Below are positions 17,912-26,126 of a DNA stretch of 32,000 bases, in pieces (position 1 is the stretch's first letter; each line of letters starts with the position of its first letter). The stretch lies in the sequence record KJ174317.1. One strand, written 5' to 3'. This stretch comes from Salmonella phage vB-SalM-SJ2. The notes under the pieces were generated by a model. That model did not search any database and had not been told where the DNA came from. It saw only the letters and a list, made by a program, of their open reading frames with translations. Both the position numbers and the translations under genes were made by a program.

Positions 17912-18334
17912 ATGAAGAAGTATATCGTTCTTATAACGGGTTCCCGTTCTATAACTGAGCGGGACAAAATATTTGCCAAATTAGATGAACTCTTAATCCC
18001 TCACGAGATAGAGACGTTTATTGAAGGTGAAGCAGTGGGTGTGGATCTGATATCCCGTGATTGGTGTGAAATCAATTATGTGCATATCACACCAATGCCG
18101 ATTCCTCAAAATTACCATACGTTATATGGGAAAGGTGCGGGCAATCAACGTAACAAAGATATGCTGGACAAGGCTCTAACATTGGCGAAGCAAAAAGATC
18201 TTGAGGTCTTTGGAATTGCATTATGGGATGGTTCGTCTACTGGGACGCAAGACATGATCAAGCGCATGAAGAAAGCGGGAATAAATGTCAATATCACTCT
18301 CATGGGCAAACCCAAAACCAAACGATTGTTATAA
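17912..18334 (+). CDS. SLOG-superfamily (DUF2493/YspA-like) putative nucleotide-binding protein
   Basis: MKKYIVLITGSRSIT..., EGEAVGVDLISRDWCE, GKGAGNQRNKDMLDKAL correspond to the GSR.., G..GaD..a..wa and aG..RN..M motifs. Confidence 0.75.
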   Translation: MKKYIVLITGSRSITERDKIFAKLDELLIPHEIETFIEGEAVGVDLISRDWCEINYVHITPMPIPQNYHTLYGKGAGNQRNKDMLDKALTLAKQKDLEVFGIALWDGSSTGTQDMIKRMKKAGINVNITLMGKPKTKRLL

Positions 18335-18363
18335 ATAATTTGCCACCCATGAGGAGTTATACC

Positions 18364-18534
18364 ATGTTACAAATACTGTTGGTGCTTTGTGTCGCATTTA
18401 CCATGTACTTCATGGCACGCATCGGTTTTATTACTTTAGATGACATGAAGGGTATCCCACGTGAACCCAAATTCATCTTTCTGAAGAAGTTTGCCAAAAA
18501 GTTCTCAGAAAACTTTATTTATCATCTACCATGA
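18364..18534 (+). CDS. Small membrane protein, 56 aa
   Basis: gaggagtt RBS then MLQILLVLCVAFTMYFMARIGFITLDDMKG...; single N-terminal TM. Confidence 0.6.
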   Translation: MLQILLVLCVAFTMYFMARIGFITLDDMKGIPREPKFIFLKKFAKKFSENFIYHLP

Positions 18535-18536
18535 TT

Positions 18537-18562
18537 AAATACCCCCAAAATTGGGGGTATTT
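18537..18562 (+). promoter_or_regulatory. 10-bp hairpin overlapping a late-promoter-like motif and the Shine-Dalgarno of the next gene
   Basis: aaataccccc-aaaatt-gggggtattt, then tt a ATG at 18565; TTAAATA at 18535-18541. Confidence 0.65.
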
Positions 18563-18564
18563 TT

Positions 18565-19293
18565 ATGAACGCACAAATCTATGATGTCCTTTCCTCGGGC
18601 AATGCATTTAGCAATCCGCTTCCATCCCTCTCCGGTCCTTCTCAGGATTTAATAACCAGTGGCATCACCAATATACCATTGATAACTGCCAACGCTACTC
18701 CGGAGATGCAGGCGGCTATGGCAGCTGGTGGACTAACACCAGAAAAACTCACAGCAGCCACCACCATGTATAGCACCGCCAACACAGGGATAACAACTCT
18801 GAACACATATGGCGACCAAAGTATCAATGACGCGTATTCTCGCATCGGTACTTCCGTGTCATACAAATCAGGTCTGAAGGGTATATCACGAGAGCCAAAC
18901 AATTGTGATTTGATCAACCAGGCTTTTGGTGTTGTTCAGGATTTAGGACGCCAATGGCTGAATGCTATGGAAGGCGCTCTACAGACCGTAACAAACAAGA
19001 TATCGGAATTGTATGAGATGATCATGGAAGGTGCCTCAGAAGGAATGGCAAAGCTGCAGGAATTGGCTGCAGAAGTAACGGGACACATCAATACTGCGAT
19101 AACCGCAGTCAACGGGGTTATAAGTGATATTACAGATGGTATAGCCGCAGAACTTGCTCACATTGAAAGTATGATCAAAGAGTGCTTGAATTTCTCTTTT
19201 GCTAACGTGCTCGGGGAATGGGCTAAAGATCTGTGCGCCGGAGGTGTTATTGACAAAATAGGGACTCCAGCATTAAAAGAATCCCTGAAATAA
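18565..19293 (+). CDS. Hypothetical protein, possibly a virion structural protein
   Basis: 242 aa, alpha-helical and Ala/Gly-rich; NNCDLINQAFGVVQDLGRQWLNAM; preceded by a late-promoter-like motif. Confidence 0.65.
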   Translation: MNAQIYDVLSSGNAFSNPLPSLSGPSQDLITSGITNIPLITANATPEMQAAMAAGGLTPEKLTAATTMYSTANTGITTLNTYGDQSINDAYSRIGTSVSYKSGLKGISREPNNCDLINQAFGVVQDLGRQWLNAMEGALQTVTNKISELYEMIMEGASEGMAKLQELAAEVTGHINTAITAVNGVISDITDGIAAELAHIESMIKECLNFSFANVLGEWAKDLCAGGVIDKIGTPALKESLK

Positions 19294-19294
19294 A

Positions 19295-19948
19295 TCAATG
19301 ACGAGCAGGGAGGACTCCCACTGGTTCGATGCCTTCGATCATCAGGGAGTCCACTCCAACATCGCTCAGGCGAATCCAAACCTTACCCCCTGGCCTTATC
19401 TCATAGATGTTCATCTCGTTTCCAACAGCAGACCCATTCACAAAAACGCCTTGAGTAGCAATCCGAATAGGCGTTTTGGTGTTGTTGATTATCTGAAAAG
19501 ATATCGTGATATCCCTTGTCAATTCCACATTTCTTGCTGTTGTATATCTCCTCAATTTTTCAAAGAAAGATGGATTGAATGTGGCTATGATGCTGTTGTT
19601 TTGTGAGTAGTAAATACTGGCAGACAGATAAGGGATTTTTCCCTCATCACCTTTCCTCAATAGAGGGATCGTGGTTTTCCAGTACGGTATCAACGCCTGG
19701 TTGTTATCATCAAAACAACCGACGGCTTGTATGGTTTGGAAATTCTGGAAGTCTGCCACAACTTGATCCAGTAACTTTTTATTACATTTGTCGACATCAG
19801 CAGAAATATTGACTGGTATAGTTCTGATTTCAGGATCCCAAAGATCGGTGACAGAAATCACGGACGTGACAAAGATACGGCAGCTTGTAAGTACAAGCAC
19901 CATTATCATCGTCATGATCCATTTTCTGAATCCGCGTATCAGGAACAC
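19295..19948 (-). CDS. Predicted lipoprotein
   Basis: GTG start at 19948 with ggag 9 nt upstream; signal peptide (V/M)FLIRGFRKWIMTMIMVLVLTSC with lipobox LTSC; 232-aa track ORF starts upstream at a TTG. Confidence 0.7.
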   Translation of the reverse strand: MFLIRGFRKWIMTMIMVLVLTSCRIFVTSVISVTDLWDPEIRTIPVNISADVDKCNKKLLDQVVADFQNFQTIQAVGCFDDNNQALIPYWKTTIPLLRKGDEGKIPYLSASIYYSQNNSIIATFNPSFFEKLRRYTTARNVELTRDITISFQIINNTKTPIRIATQGVFVNGSAVGNEMNIYEIRPGGKVWIRLSDVGVDSLMIEGIEPVGVLPARH

Positions 19949-19978
19949 TAAAAAATTCTCCACAGCAAAGGTGCTAAC

Positions 19979-20476
19979 ATGACAGGTGTACAATTCAAAA
20001 ACGAAAATCCTAATTTCGCGGCTTCCGATAAATGGCGCTTAACCATCGGAGACCTGGTGCTGCTAACCCGTTCGATACACGACTTCAGTATCCCTGGCGT
20101 GTATTCCGAAGGTATCGAAGGCCCATCCCCTGGCGATGTCCTAAACTCTATACCTTCAGAACGTCTCACGTATGACCCCATCGTATTTACGTTCGTTATC
20201 GATGAGAGTTGGTACAACTGGGAACAGATTTACAATTGGATCGCTTCGAACGCGGGTTCAGATTTAGCCGTCAGTAGAGATATTACGATTGAACTTTTAG
20301 ACAACATGAACCGTCCTGTTGGGCTTCAGTTGCTTCTGGAAGAAGGGCGACCAACAGCGCTAGACAACGTGTTGGTTGACGTGGATGCATCGGTTCCTCA
20401 GTTGGTCACAACGGTGACATTCAAATATCTGAAACTGACTCCGACCCGCGTAACCCGCGAAATTGATAAACAATAA
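19979..20476 (+). CDS. Phage protein, possibly tail/baseplate-associated
   Basis: MTGVQFKNENPNFAASDKWRLTIGDL...FSIPGVYSEGIEGPSPGDVLNSIPSERLTYDPIVFTFVIDESWYNWEQIYNWI. Confidence 0.55.
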   Translation: MTGVQFKNENPNFAASDKWRLTIGDLVLLTRSIHDFSIPGVYSEGIEGPSPGDVLNSIPSERLTYDPIVFTFVIDESWYNWEQIYNWIASNAGSDLAVSRDITIELLDNMNRPVGLQLLLEEGRPTALDNVLVDVDASVPQLVTTVTFKYLKLTPTRVTREIDKQ

Positions 20477-20514
20477 GTTATAATACAGAGAGTTGAAACA
20501 GCAGGAAATAAATC

Positions 20515-20970
20515 ATGAGTGAAACAAAATTTGAAACAATGAAGACCGAAGATATAATGGCGGAATTAGATCCTCTTATTTCGGTGAATCCTGAAGACAT
20601 GAATTTAGACCAAATATCATTGAAAATTGGTCGTTCATGGATGGCTGTCCAGCGCCATTACATTCGTGAAGGGCGTTATCTAGAATTTTTGACAGGAAAA
20701 TTCCGTCAAATCGATCTTTATTTACGTCGGTATTATGCAGGGGAATTACCACCCAACGTTTATGTTGAACGCCCATTAAAAGTTCGCCCCCTGAAATCCG
20801 ATATAGATGTATGGGTAAAAGCAGATGATGATTATATCGAATTGTCTAGCATGCTTCAAGAGCAGAAAGCCAAAGTCAAGTTCATCGAAAGTTGCTTAGA
20901 TCGTTTGAACAAACTCGGCTATGAAGTGAAAAATGCGATTGATTGGCGAAAATATTTGGACGGTATGTGA
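20515..20970 (+). CDS. uvsY: UvsY-like recombination/repair/mediator protein
   Basis: C-terminal KVKFIESCLDRLNKLGYEVKNAIDWRKYLDG resembles UvsY; immediately precedes nuclease and uvsW. Confidence 0.75.
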   Translation: MSETKFETMKTEDIMAELDPLISVNPEDMNLDQISLKIGRSWMAVQRHYIREGRYLEFLTGKFRQIDLYLRRYYAGELPPNVYVERPLKVRPLKSDIDVWVKADDDYIELSSMLQEQKAKVKFIESCLDRLNKLGYEVKNAIDWRKYLDGM

Positions 20971-21716
20971 TGGTTTCCCTGCAGGCTTTGCGTAAACTCA
21001 ATGATTTTGAGAACCGCCATTACACATTTCAGCAGTATGCCTTGCCCTTTAAGGAACTGACTTGTATAACAACGGAAAACGGTCGCCATTATGTGTCTCC
21101 AACAGGCGTCAAACTCACATCTGTAACAACGATGTTGGGGCGTACCGGAGATCATACATGGTTAGAAGCCTGGCGGGACAAGTTGGGACACGAAGCCGCC
21201 GATATCGAAACAGAGCGTTGCGCAGACCGTGGGGAAAAACTTCATTTGGCCTGTGAATTATATCTCAAAAACAGGCCGATGAAGGAAGTGTTAGAAGCCG
21301 CAGGGGAATACGTGTTTATGTTTAAACAGGTCTTCCCCTACCTGAACAAAATGAGCAAGATATACGCACAGGAGATTCCGTTATATAGCGAAGTCCTTGG
21401 TCTTGCTGGTCGTGTTGATCTCATCGGCGTTTACGAGGGAATCCCCAGCATTATCGATTTCAAAACATCTAACACCCTGAAAACTCGGAGCATGATAGAA
21501 GATTACAGCATTCAACTATGCCTGTACTCAGTCATGTTTCAACAGATGTTTAATGTTAAGATCGAACGTTTGGTCAATATTATATCTAACGAAAATTCTC
21601 TTGTCCCGACTATAATCGAATTTAATCGAAAAGACGTTATTTCTAAAATGTTTGATCGTGTTCGCCTGTATCATAAAATGGATAAAGAACAGAACGGGAT
21701 CTGGGCGGATCGCTAA
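20970..21716 (+). CDS. PD-(D/E)XK family exonuclease
   Basis: TSVTTMLG..., RGEKLHLACELYL, GLAGRVDLIGVYEGIPSIIDFKTS...IQLCLY match the RecB-like nuclease motifs. Confidence 0.8.
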   Translation: MVSLQALRKLNDFENRHYTFQQYALPFKELTCITTENGRHYVSPTGVKLTSVTTMLGRTGDHTWLEAWRDKLGHEAADIETERCADRGEKLHLACELYLKNRPMKEVLEAAGEYVFMFKQVFPYLNKMSKIYAQEIPLYSEVLGLAGRVDLIGVYEGIPSIIDFKTSNTLKTRSMIEDYSIQLCLYSVMFQQMFNVKIERLVNIISNENSLVPTIIEFNRKDVISKMFDRVRLYHKMDKEQNGIWADR

Positions 21717-21719
21717 ATA
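21713..21719 (+). promoter_or_regulatory. Putative late promoter core (CTAAATA)
   Basis: cgctaaatactcc 26 nt upstream of the uvsW ATG. Confidence 0.45.
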
Positions 21720-21744
21720 CTCCATAATATTGGGGGAATTAGTG

Positions 21745-23250
21745 ATGTCAGAAATTCAAATAATCAAAGTTAACGAAGTGCGCATGCGAATCTTGGCGGA
21801 GGACTATATCCGCGAAGAACTCAATGATTACTTCAAATTTGAAGATCCTAATTTCCAACCAAATCCATTCAGTAAATGGGACGGCGTGGTACGCTTGTTC
21901 ACAAAGAGTTCTGGCCTTATCGACATCGGTCTGTTGTTTGAGGTGTTTAAGTTCTGTAAGATGAATGGTTACACCATCAAATTAGATCCCGCCTTAAAAT
22001 ATATCCAAGATATACCAGACGAAGAGATACATACATTTATCAATTCCCTGAACGCTGTTTACCGTGATGAAAACAAGCAATACCAAATCGCAACAGTGCG
22101 TGACTATCAATTCGACTCAGTGGCCACAGCAATACGCCAATCCAGATGCGTGCTAGAAGCGGCTACGAGCGCGGGTAAATCGTTTATTTTGTACATCATG
22201 GCGCGTTACTACAGGCAACGCAGAGAGGCACTGGAAAGCAATCTCAAGACGTTGATCGTTGTACCTTCCATTCACTTGGTGACTCAGTTGTATGACAACT
22301 TTGAGGAATACAGCCACGGGACAGATTGGAATCCGATGATGAATGTCCAGATGATATGTGAAGGTGCAACAAAGGATATATTCAAGCCCATAGTCATTTC
22401 CACTTGGCAGGGAATTCAGGATCAGCCCAAAGAATGGTTCCATCAATTTGGGGATATTGTTGTCGACGAAGTACACACATCTAAATCTGAAAAGCTATCT
22501 TATATCCTGAACAACTGCATTAATGCTGACCAAAGATTGGGTGTAACCGGAACCCTCGCGAATACAAAGGTTGCAGGGTTGCAGGTCGTTGCCCATTTTG
22601 GAGCATACCATAAAATTATTACAGCACGTGATTTAATAAATCTTGGTTATGCCACAGATATCCATGTCAACATGATTGAAGTCATACATCCCATGGCGGA
22701 TTGTATAGAAATGCATGGTGCTGAGTATCAAAAGGAAATAGAATTCCTCATAGCGAATGAACGTCGAAACGAGTTAATAGCCAGAATGGCATTGTCTTTG
22801 AAAGGTAACGTGGCCGTTATGTTCGAACGCATTGACGCCCATATGATGATTGTTTATGAAATGCTTTCAGCCGTTAAGAAAAACGTATTTGTCATTAACG
22901 GCGAAGTTAAGACAGAAGTTCGTAAACAAATTCAGGCAGCGATGGAAGAGGGTGAAGATATAACACTGCTGGCATCTTATGGGACCATGCAACAGGGAGT
23001 GTCGATCAAAAAACTTCATCATTTGATATTGGCACACCCGAGTAAATCCTATATCCGTGTCATACAGACTTTAGGGCGTCTCATGCGCCAGCACTCTTCA
23101 AAGGATGTCGCCAAGATCTGGGATTTAGTAGACAACTTGCGTTACAATGGATTCTCGTACAACCATGCTCTCAGACATTCGCATGAGAGATATAAATTTT
23201 ATCTTATGGAGCGACACCCTGTACAAATGAAGAAAGTGTCGCTCCAGTAA
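21745..23250 (+). CDS. uvsW: UvsW-like SF2 DNA/RNA helicase
   Basis: Helicase motifs: LEAATSAGKSFILYIMARYY, VPSIHLVTQLYDNF, IVVDEVHTSKSEKLSYIL, GVTGTL, IQTLGRLMRQ. Confidence 0.93.
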   Translation: MSEIQIIKVNEVRMRILAEDYIREELNDYFKFEDPNFQPNPFSKWDGVVRLFTKSSGLIDIGLLFEVFKFCKMNGYTIKLDPALKYIQDIPDEEIHTFINSLNAVYRDENKQYQIATVRDYQFDSVATAIRQSRCVLEAATSAGKSFILYIMARYYRQRREALESNLKTLIVVPSIHLVTQLYDNFEEYSHGTDWNPMMNVQMICEGATKDIFKPIVISTWQGIQDQPKEWFHQFGDIVVDEVHTSKSEKLSYILNNCINADQRLGVTGTLANTKVAGLQVVAHFGAYHKIITARDLINLGYATDIHVNMIEVIHPMADCIEMHGAEYQKEIEFLIANERRNELIARMALSLKGNVAVMFERIDAHMMIVYEMLSAVKKNVFVINGEVKTEVRKQIQAAMEEGEDITLLASYGTMQQGVSIKKLHHLILAHPSKSYIRVIQTLGRLMRQHSSKDVAKIWDLVDNLRYNGFSYNHALRHSHERYKFYLMERHPVQMKKVSLQ

Positions 23251-23251
23251 T

Positions 23252-23596
23252 TCATTTGTCTTGGTTCACATAGGCGGGGGTTGCCTCGCCTTCTTTGTCA
23301 GAACCGAATAAACAACCCATCGTGCTGATGCATTGTTGTAGAACTTCTGGATCCAGAAGCTGGCACAACAGTTGTTCATTACATTCCAGCAATGGGACAA
23401 CTTTCACTTCCCGCGCCTGTCCTTGTTGAATAATGCCGACATATAGACCTTTGGTGTCTGGCAGTAACGGGATCACCATCATTGGTGTCACAACAAACTT
23501 AGAAGTGCAATAGAGGCTGTGTAAGTAAACACCTTTCAATGCCGGACATGCTTCTTGTTCTTCCCCCACCGCATATAAACCCACGAATTGTTTCAT
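23252..23596 (-). CDS. Hypothetical protein, 114 aa
   Basis: Minus-strand ORF convergent with uvsW, MKQFVGLYAVGEEQEACPALKGVYLHSLYCTSKFVV. Confidence 0.6.
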   Translation of the reverse strand: MKQFVGLYAVGEEQEACPALKGVYLHSLYCTSKFVVTPMMVIPLLPDTKGLYVGIIQQGQAREVKVVPLLECNEQLLCQLLDPEVLQQCISTMGCLFGSDKEGEATPAYVNQDK

Positions 23597-23803
23597 ATAT
23601 TACTCTCTTGTTAGTAAACATGACTACATAATAATTTCATGCTGTGTTTAGACCAAATAAATTATTTTGCTAGTTGAATAAAAATTGCTTTCTTGTTGAA
23701 CAAACCGTGCGTAATATACGAGTTGTGAGCTTTGCGAGCAACGAGTATTATCACGAGCGAAGCGAGTAGACTAATAAAGAAAGGTTTATTAAAACAAAAT
23801 ACT

Positions 23804-23825
23804 ATAAATGCCGTCAGGCATTTAT
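23804..23825. terminator. Hairpin in the noncoding gap
   Basis: ataaatgcc-gtca-ggcatttat, flanked by T/A-rich sequence. Confidence 0.55.
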
Positions 23826-23931
23826 TTATCGCGCGTAGGGCATTTTAACACTTGTTCTATAACTGCAAACACGCGATACTAATTTGCGTCAAACATGACT
23901 TGAACCCCACTATATTTTGAGGATATAAACA

Positions 23932-24600
23932 ATGCAAGAGATCACTCTCTCTGAACGCACTTTACAACTGCTGGCCAACTTTGAAACCATTTGCCCTTCT
24001 ATCGTTCTGGCACCTGGTAAAAAGCTGCGCACTGTTAACGACTCCAGCACCGTCATCGCTATCGCTGACATCGACGAAGACTTCCCGTTTGAATTCCCTA
24101 TTTTGGATCTGACCAAACTTCTGGCCATTCAGCGTCTGCCTAGTTTCAAAGGCGGTAAAATCGAAATGTCGGAAGATCATATTTTACTGAAAGGTGAAAA
24201 CTCACAGCTGCAATTCTGGCGCTCAGCAAAAGAATTGACTGTCGTTCCTGCCGACAGCATTGATCTCCCGTCCGTTGAATTCGAAGCGACGGTCACTCCT
24301 GAAAAAATGAAAGAGCTGACCCGCGCCTGTTCTACTCTGGGACACAAAACTGTTCGTCTGGTCGCTAGCGGCGGTAAAACCCGTCTGGTCGGTACGACTA
24401 CGACTATCGATAATTCCAACGATTACACCGTTGAATTGGGTGAAACTGCTCTGGCTGATTTCGCTATGCCTGTCGACGTTGTTAACCTGAAAATGATCGA
24501 AGGCAACTATGTGATCCGTGCCTGTGCTGAAATGCAGCTTGTTAACTTCCAGTCGGCTGATGGCACCATCAACTACTACGTTGGCATGCAGCTGGATTAA
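23932..24600 (+). CDS. 45: Sliding clamp, gp45-like
   Basis: Gene order 45-44-62-regA; MQEITLSERTLQLLANFETICPSIVLAPGKKLRTVN; NYYVGMQLD C-terminus. Confidence 0.9.
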   Translation: MQEITLSERTLQLLANFETICPSIVLAPGKKLRTVNDSSTVIAIADIDEDFPFEFPILDLTKLLAIQRLPSFKGGKIEMSEDHILLKGENSQLQFWRSAKELTVVPADSIDLPSVEFEATVTPEKMKELTRACSTLGHKTVRLVASGGKTRLVGTTTTIDNSNDYTVELGETALADFAMPVDVVNLKMIEGNYVIRACAEMQLVNFQSADGTINYYVGMQLD

Positions 24601-24680
24601 TCAATATCGCTTCGGCGCTTTATTATCGGTGGCGGGGTTATTATCCCGCCCTTTGAAATGTTTTATCTAAAGAGGCTGCA

Positions 24681-25670
24681 ATGTCCAACATTACTATCGT
24701 TACAGACCAATACGCGTGGGAAAACAAATATCGTCCTGATAATTTAGATGAGATCGTTCTCCCCTCAGACGTCCGTGCCAAGATCCATGGTTATGTTACC
24801 TCTGGCAACGGAAACATCCCCTCTATGCTGTTCTACTCCCCTCAGCCTGGTACGGGTAAAACTACTTCTGCTCTGGCCGTGTGCAATGAAATCGGTTGTG
24901 TGAAACCTCTGATGATCAACGCATCGCTTGACAACAGCATTGATGTGATTCGCGATCGTGTCATTCAATATGCTACTGGCGTCAGCGTTTTCGGTGGTCG
25001 GAAAGTCGTCATCCTCGACGAAGTTGAGCGACTTTCCATGGCGGCACAGGAATCCCTGAAAGGTATCGTGGAAAAGGTTTCCAAGAACTGCTCGTTTATC
25101 CTGACCACCAACGCCAAACAGCGTGTCAATGAGCCTCTGCGTTCTCGTTGCCGTGAAATTGATTTCATCTGGTCCGAAAAAGAAGCCGACGAAGTTAAAC
25201 TTCAATTTATGCGTCGTTGTGCCACTATCCTGACAGAAGAAGGCATTCCATACGAAGCTGGTGTTATTGCGTCGATTGTCAAGTCGTATTTCCCCGACAA
25301 CCGTAAGATTATGGGCACCCTTCAGGATAATGCCACCACGTTTGGTAAAATCGATGAACGTGCTTTGGCTCAGGTGAAAGCGGGTGAATTCCAGGCGTTG
25401 GTCGATTTCTTAAAGGCCAATGATTGGGCTGGTATGAAGCAATGGGTGACTGACAACCAAAACTACATCACAGAGGACTTCTACTCTCGTTTCTTCCATT
25501 TCTGTGTTCCGCAGAACAAAGAGAAGAATCCTTTGATCCAAAACGAATCTATCCCAGATTTGGTCTGTGTTTGTGGTCAGTCACAGATTGAACATCGTTC
25601 AGTTGGAGACGTCTGGTTACACGGCGTTTACTTCCTGACCAACGTCATGCTCAACATCAAGTGGAAGTGA
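24681..25670 (+). CDS. 44: Clamp loader large subunit (AAA+), gp44-like
   Basis: WENKYRPDNLDEIVLP, PQPGTGKTTSALAV, VVILDEVERLS, SRCREIDF. Confidence 0.96.
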   Translation: MSNITIVTDQYAWENKYRPDNLDEIVLPSDVRAKIHGYVTSGNGNIPSMLFYSPQPGTGKTTSALAVCNEIGCVKPLMINASLDNSIDVIRDRVIQYATGVSVFGGRKVVILDEVERLSMAAQESLKGIVEKVSKNCSFILTTNAKQRVNEPLRSRCREIDFIWSEKEADEVKLQFMRRCATILTEEGIPYEAGVIASIVKSYFPDNRKIMGTLQDNATTFGKIDERALAQVKAGEFQALVDFLKANDWAGMKQWVTDNQNYITEDFYSRFFHFCVPQNKEKNPLIQNESIPDLVCVCGQSQIEHRSVGDVWLHGVYFLTNVMLNIKWK

Positions 25671-25674
25671 TATT

Positions 25675-26097
25675 ATGGCCGCTCCGTCACTGTTCGATTA
25701 CCTGGGTGCTCTGAACAGCACCAAAGAGAATCTGTTGTTGACCGAAGACCCCGAAATCAGAAAGGCTTTTGATCCTTTCATGACTCGGCGCGGCCTTGCT
25801 CAGAGTAAAGACACGTTGGTGGTTGCAGAACGAATGAACCGCTTCCATGCCATTACTCCTTGGATGCAATGGAACCTTGCGTTTCATAGTATTCCAGCAA
25901 AACGCCGTTATGACAAATGGTCTAAGAAAGGAGCCATGGACCCTGATGTAAAATTGATTTCTGAGTATTACTACATCAGTCCTGAAAAGGCTTCTGAGTA
26001 TGTTCGATTCCTGCCGAAAGAAGTCCTGGCTGAAATCAAGGCGAAGGTCGAACGTTCCAACAGCAACGAAAAAGCTAAACCGCGCAAGGCTAAGTAA
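25675..26097 (+). CDS. 62: Clamp loader small subunit, gp62-like
   Basis: LFDYLGALNSTKENLLLTED...ERMNRFHAITPWMQWNLAFHSIPAKRRYDKWSKK; position after gp44. Confidence 0.85.
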   Translation: MAAPSLFDYLGALNSTKENLLLTEDPEIRKAFDPFMTRRGLAQSKDTLVVAERMNRFHAITPWMQWNLAFHSIPAKRRYDKWSKKGAMDPDVKLISEYYYISPEKASEYVRFLPKEVLAEIKAKVERSNSNEKAKPRKAK

Positions 26098-26126
26098 TTC
26101 AAATTATTGTTAAAGGGGTACGAGTC

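Noticed and set aside
15889-18534. Possible tRNA or CRISPR array in the accessory block
   Set aside because: Reading through, I saw no cloverleaf-like segments with TPsiC/anticodon arms and no regularly spaced repeats; tRNAscan-SE and a repeat finder would be needed to exclude fully.
18565-19948. Toxin-antitoxin pair formed by the convergent genes
   Set aside because: Sizes (242 and ~217 aa), convergent orientation and the lipoprotein signal do not fit a TA architecture.
23932-24180. Minus-strand small ORFs over the sliding clamp
   Set aside because: Antisense shadows of gp45.
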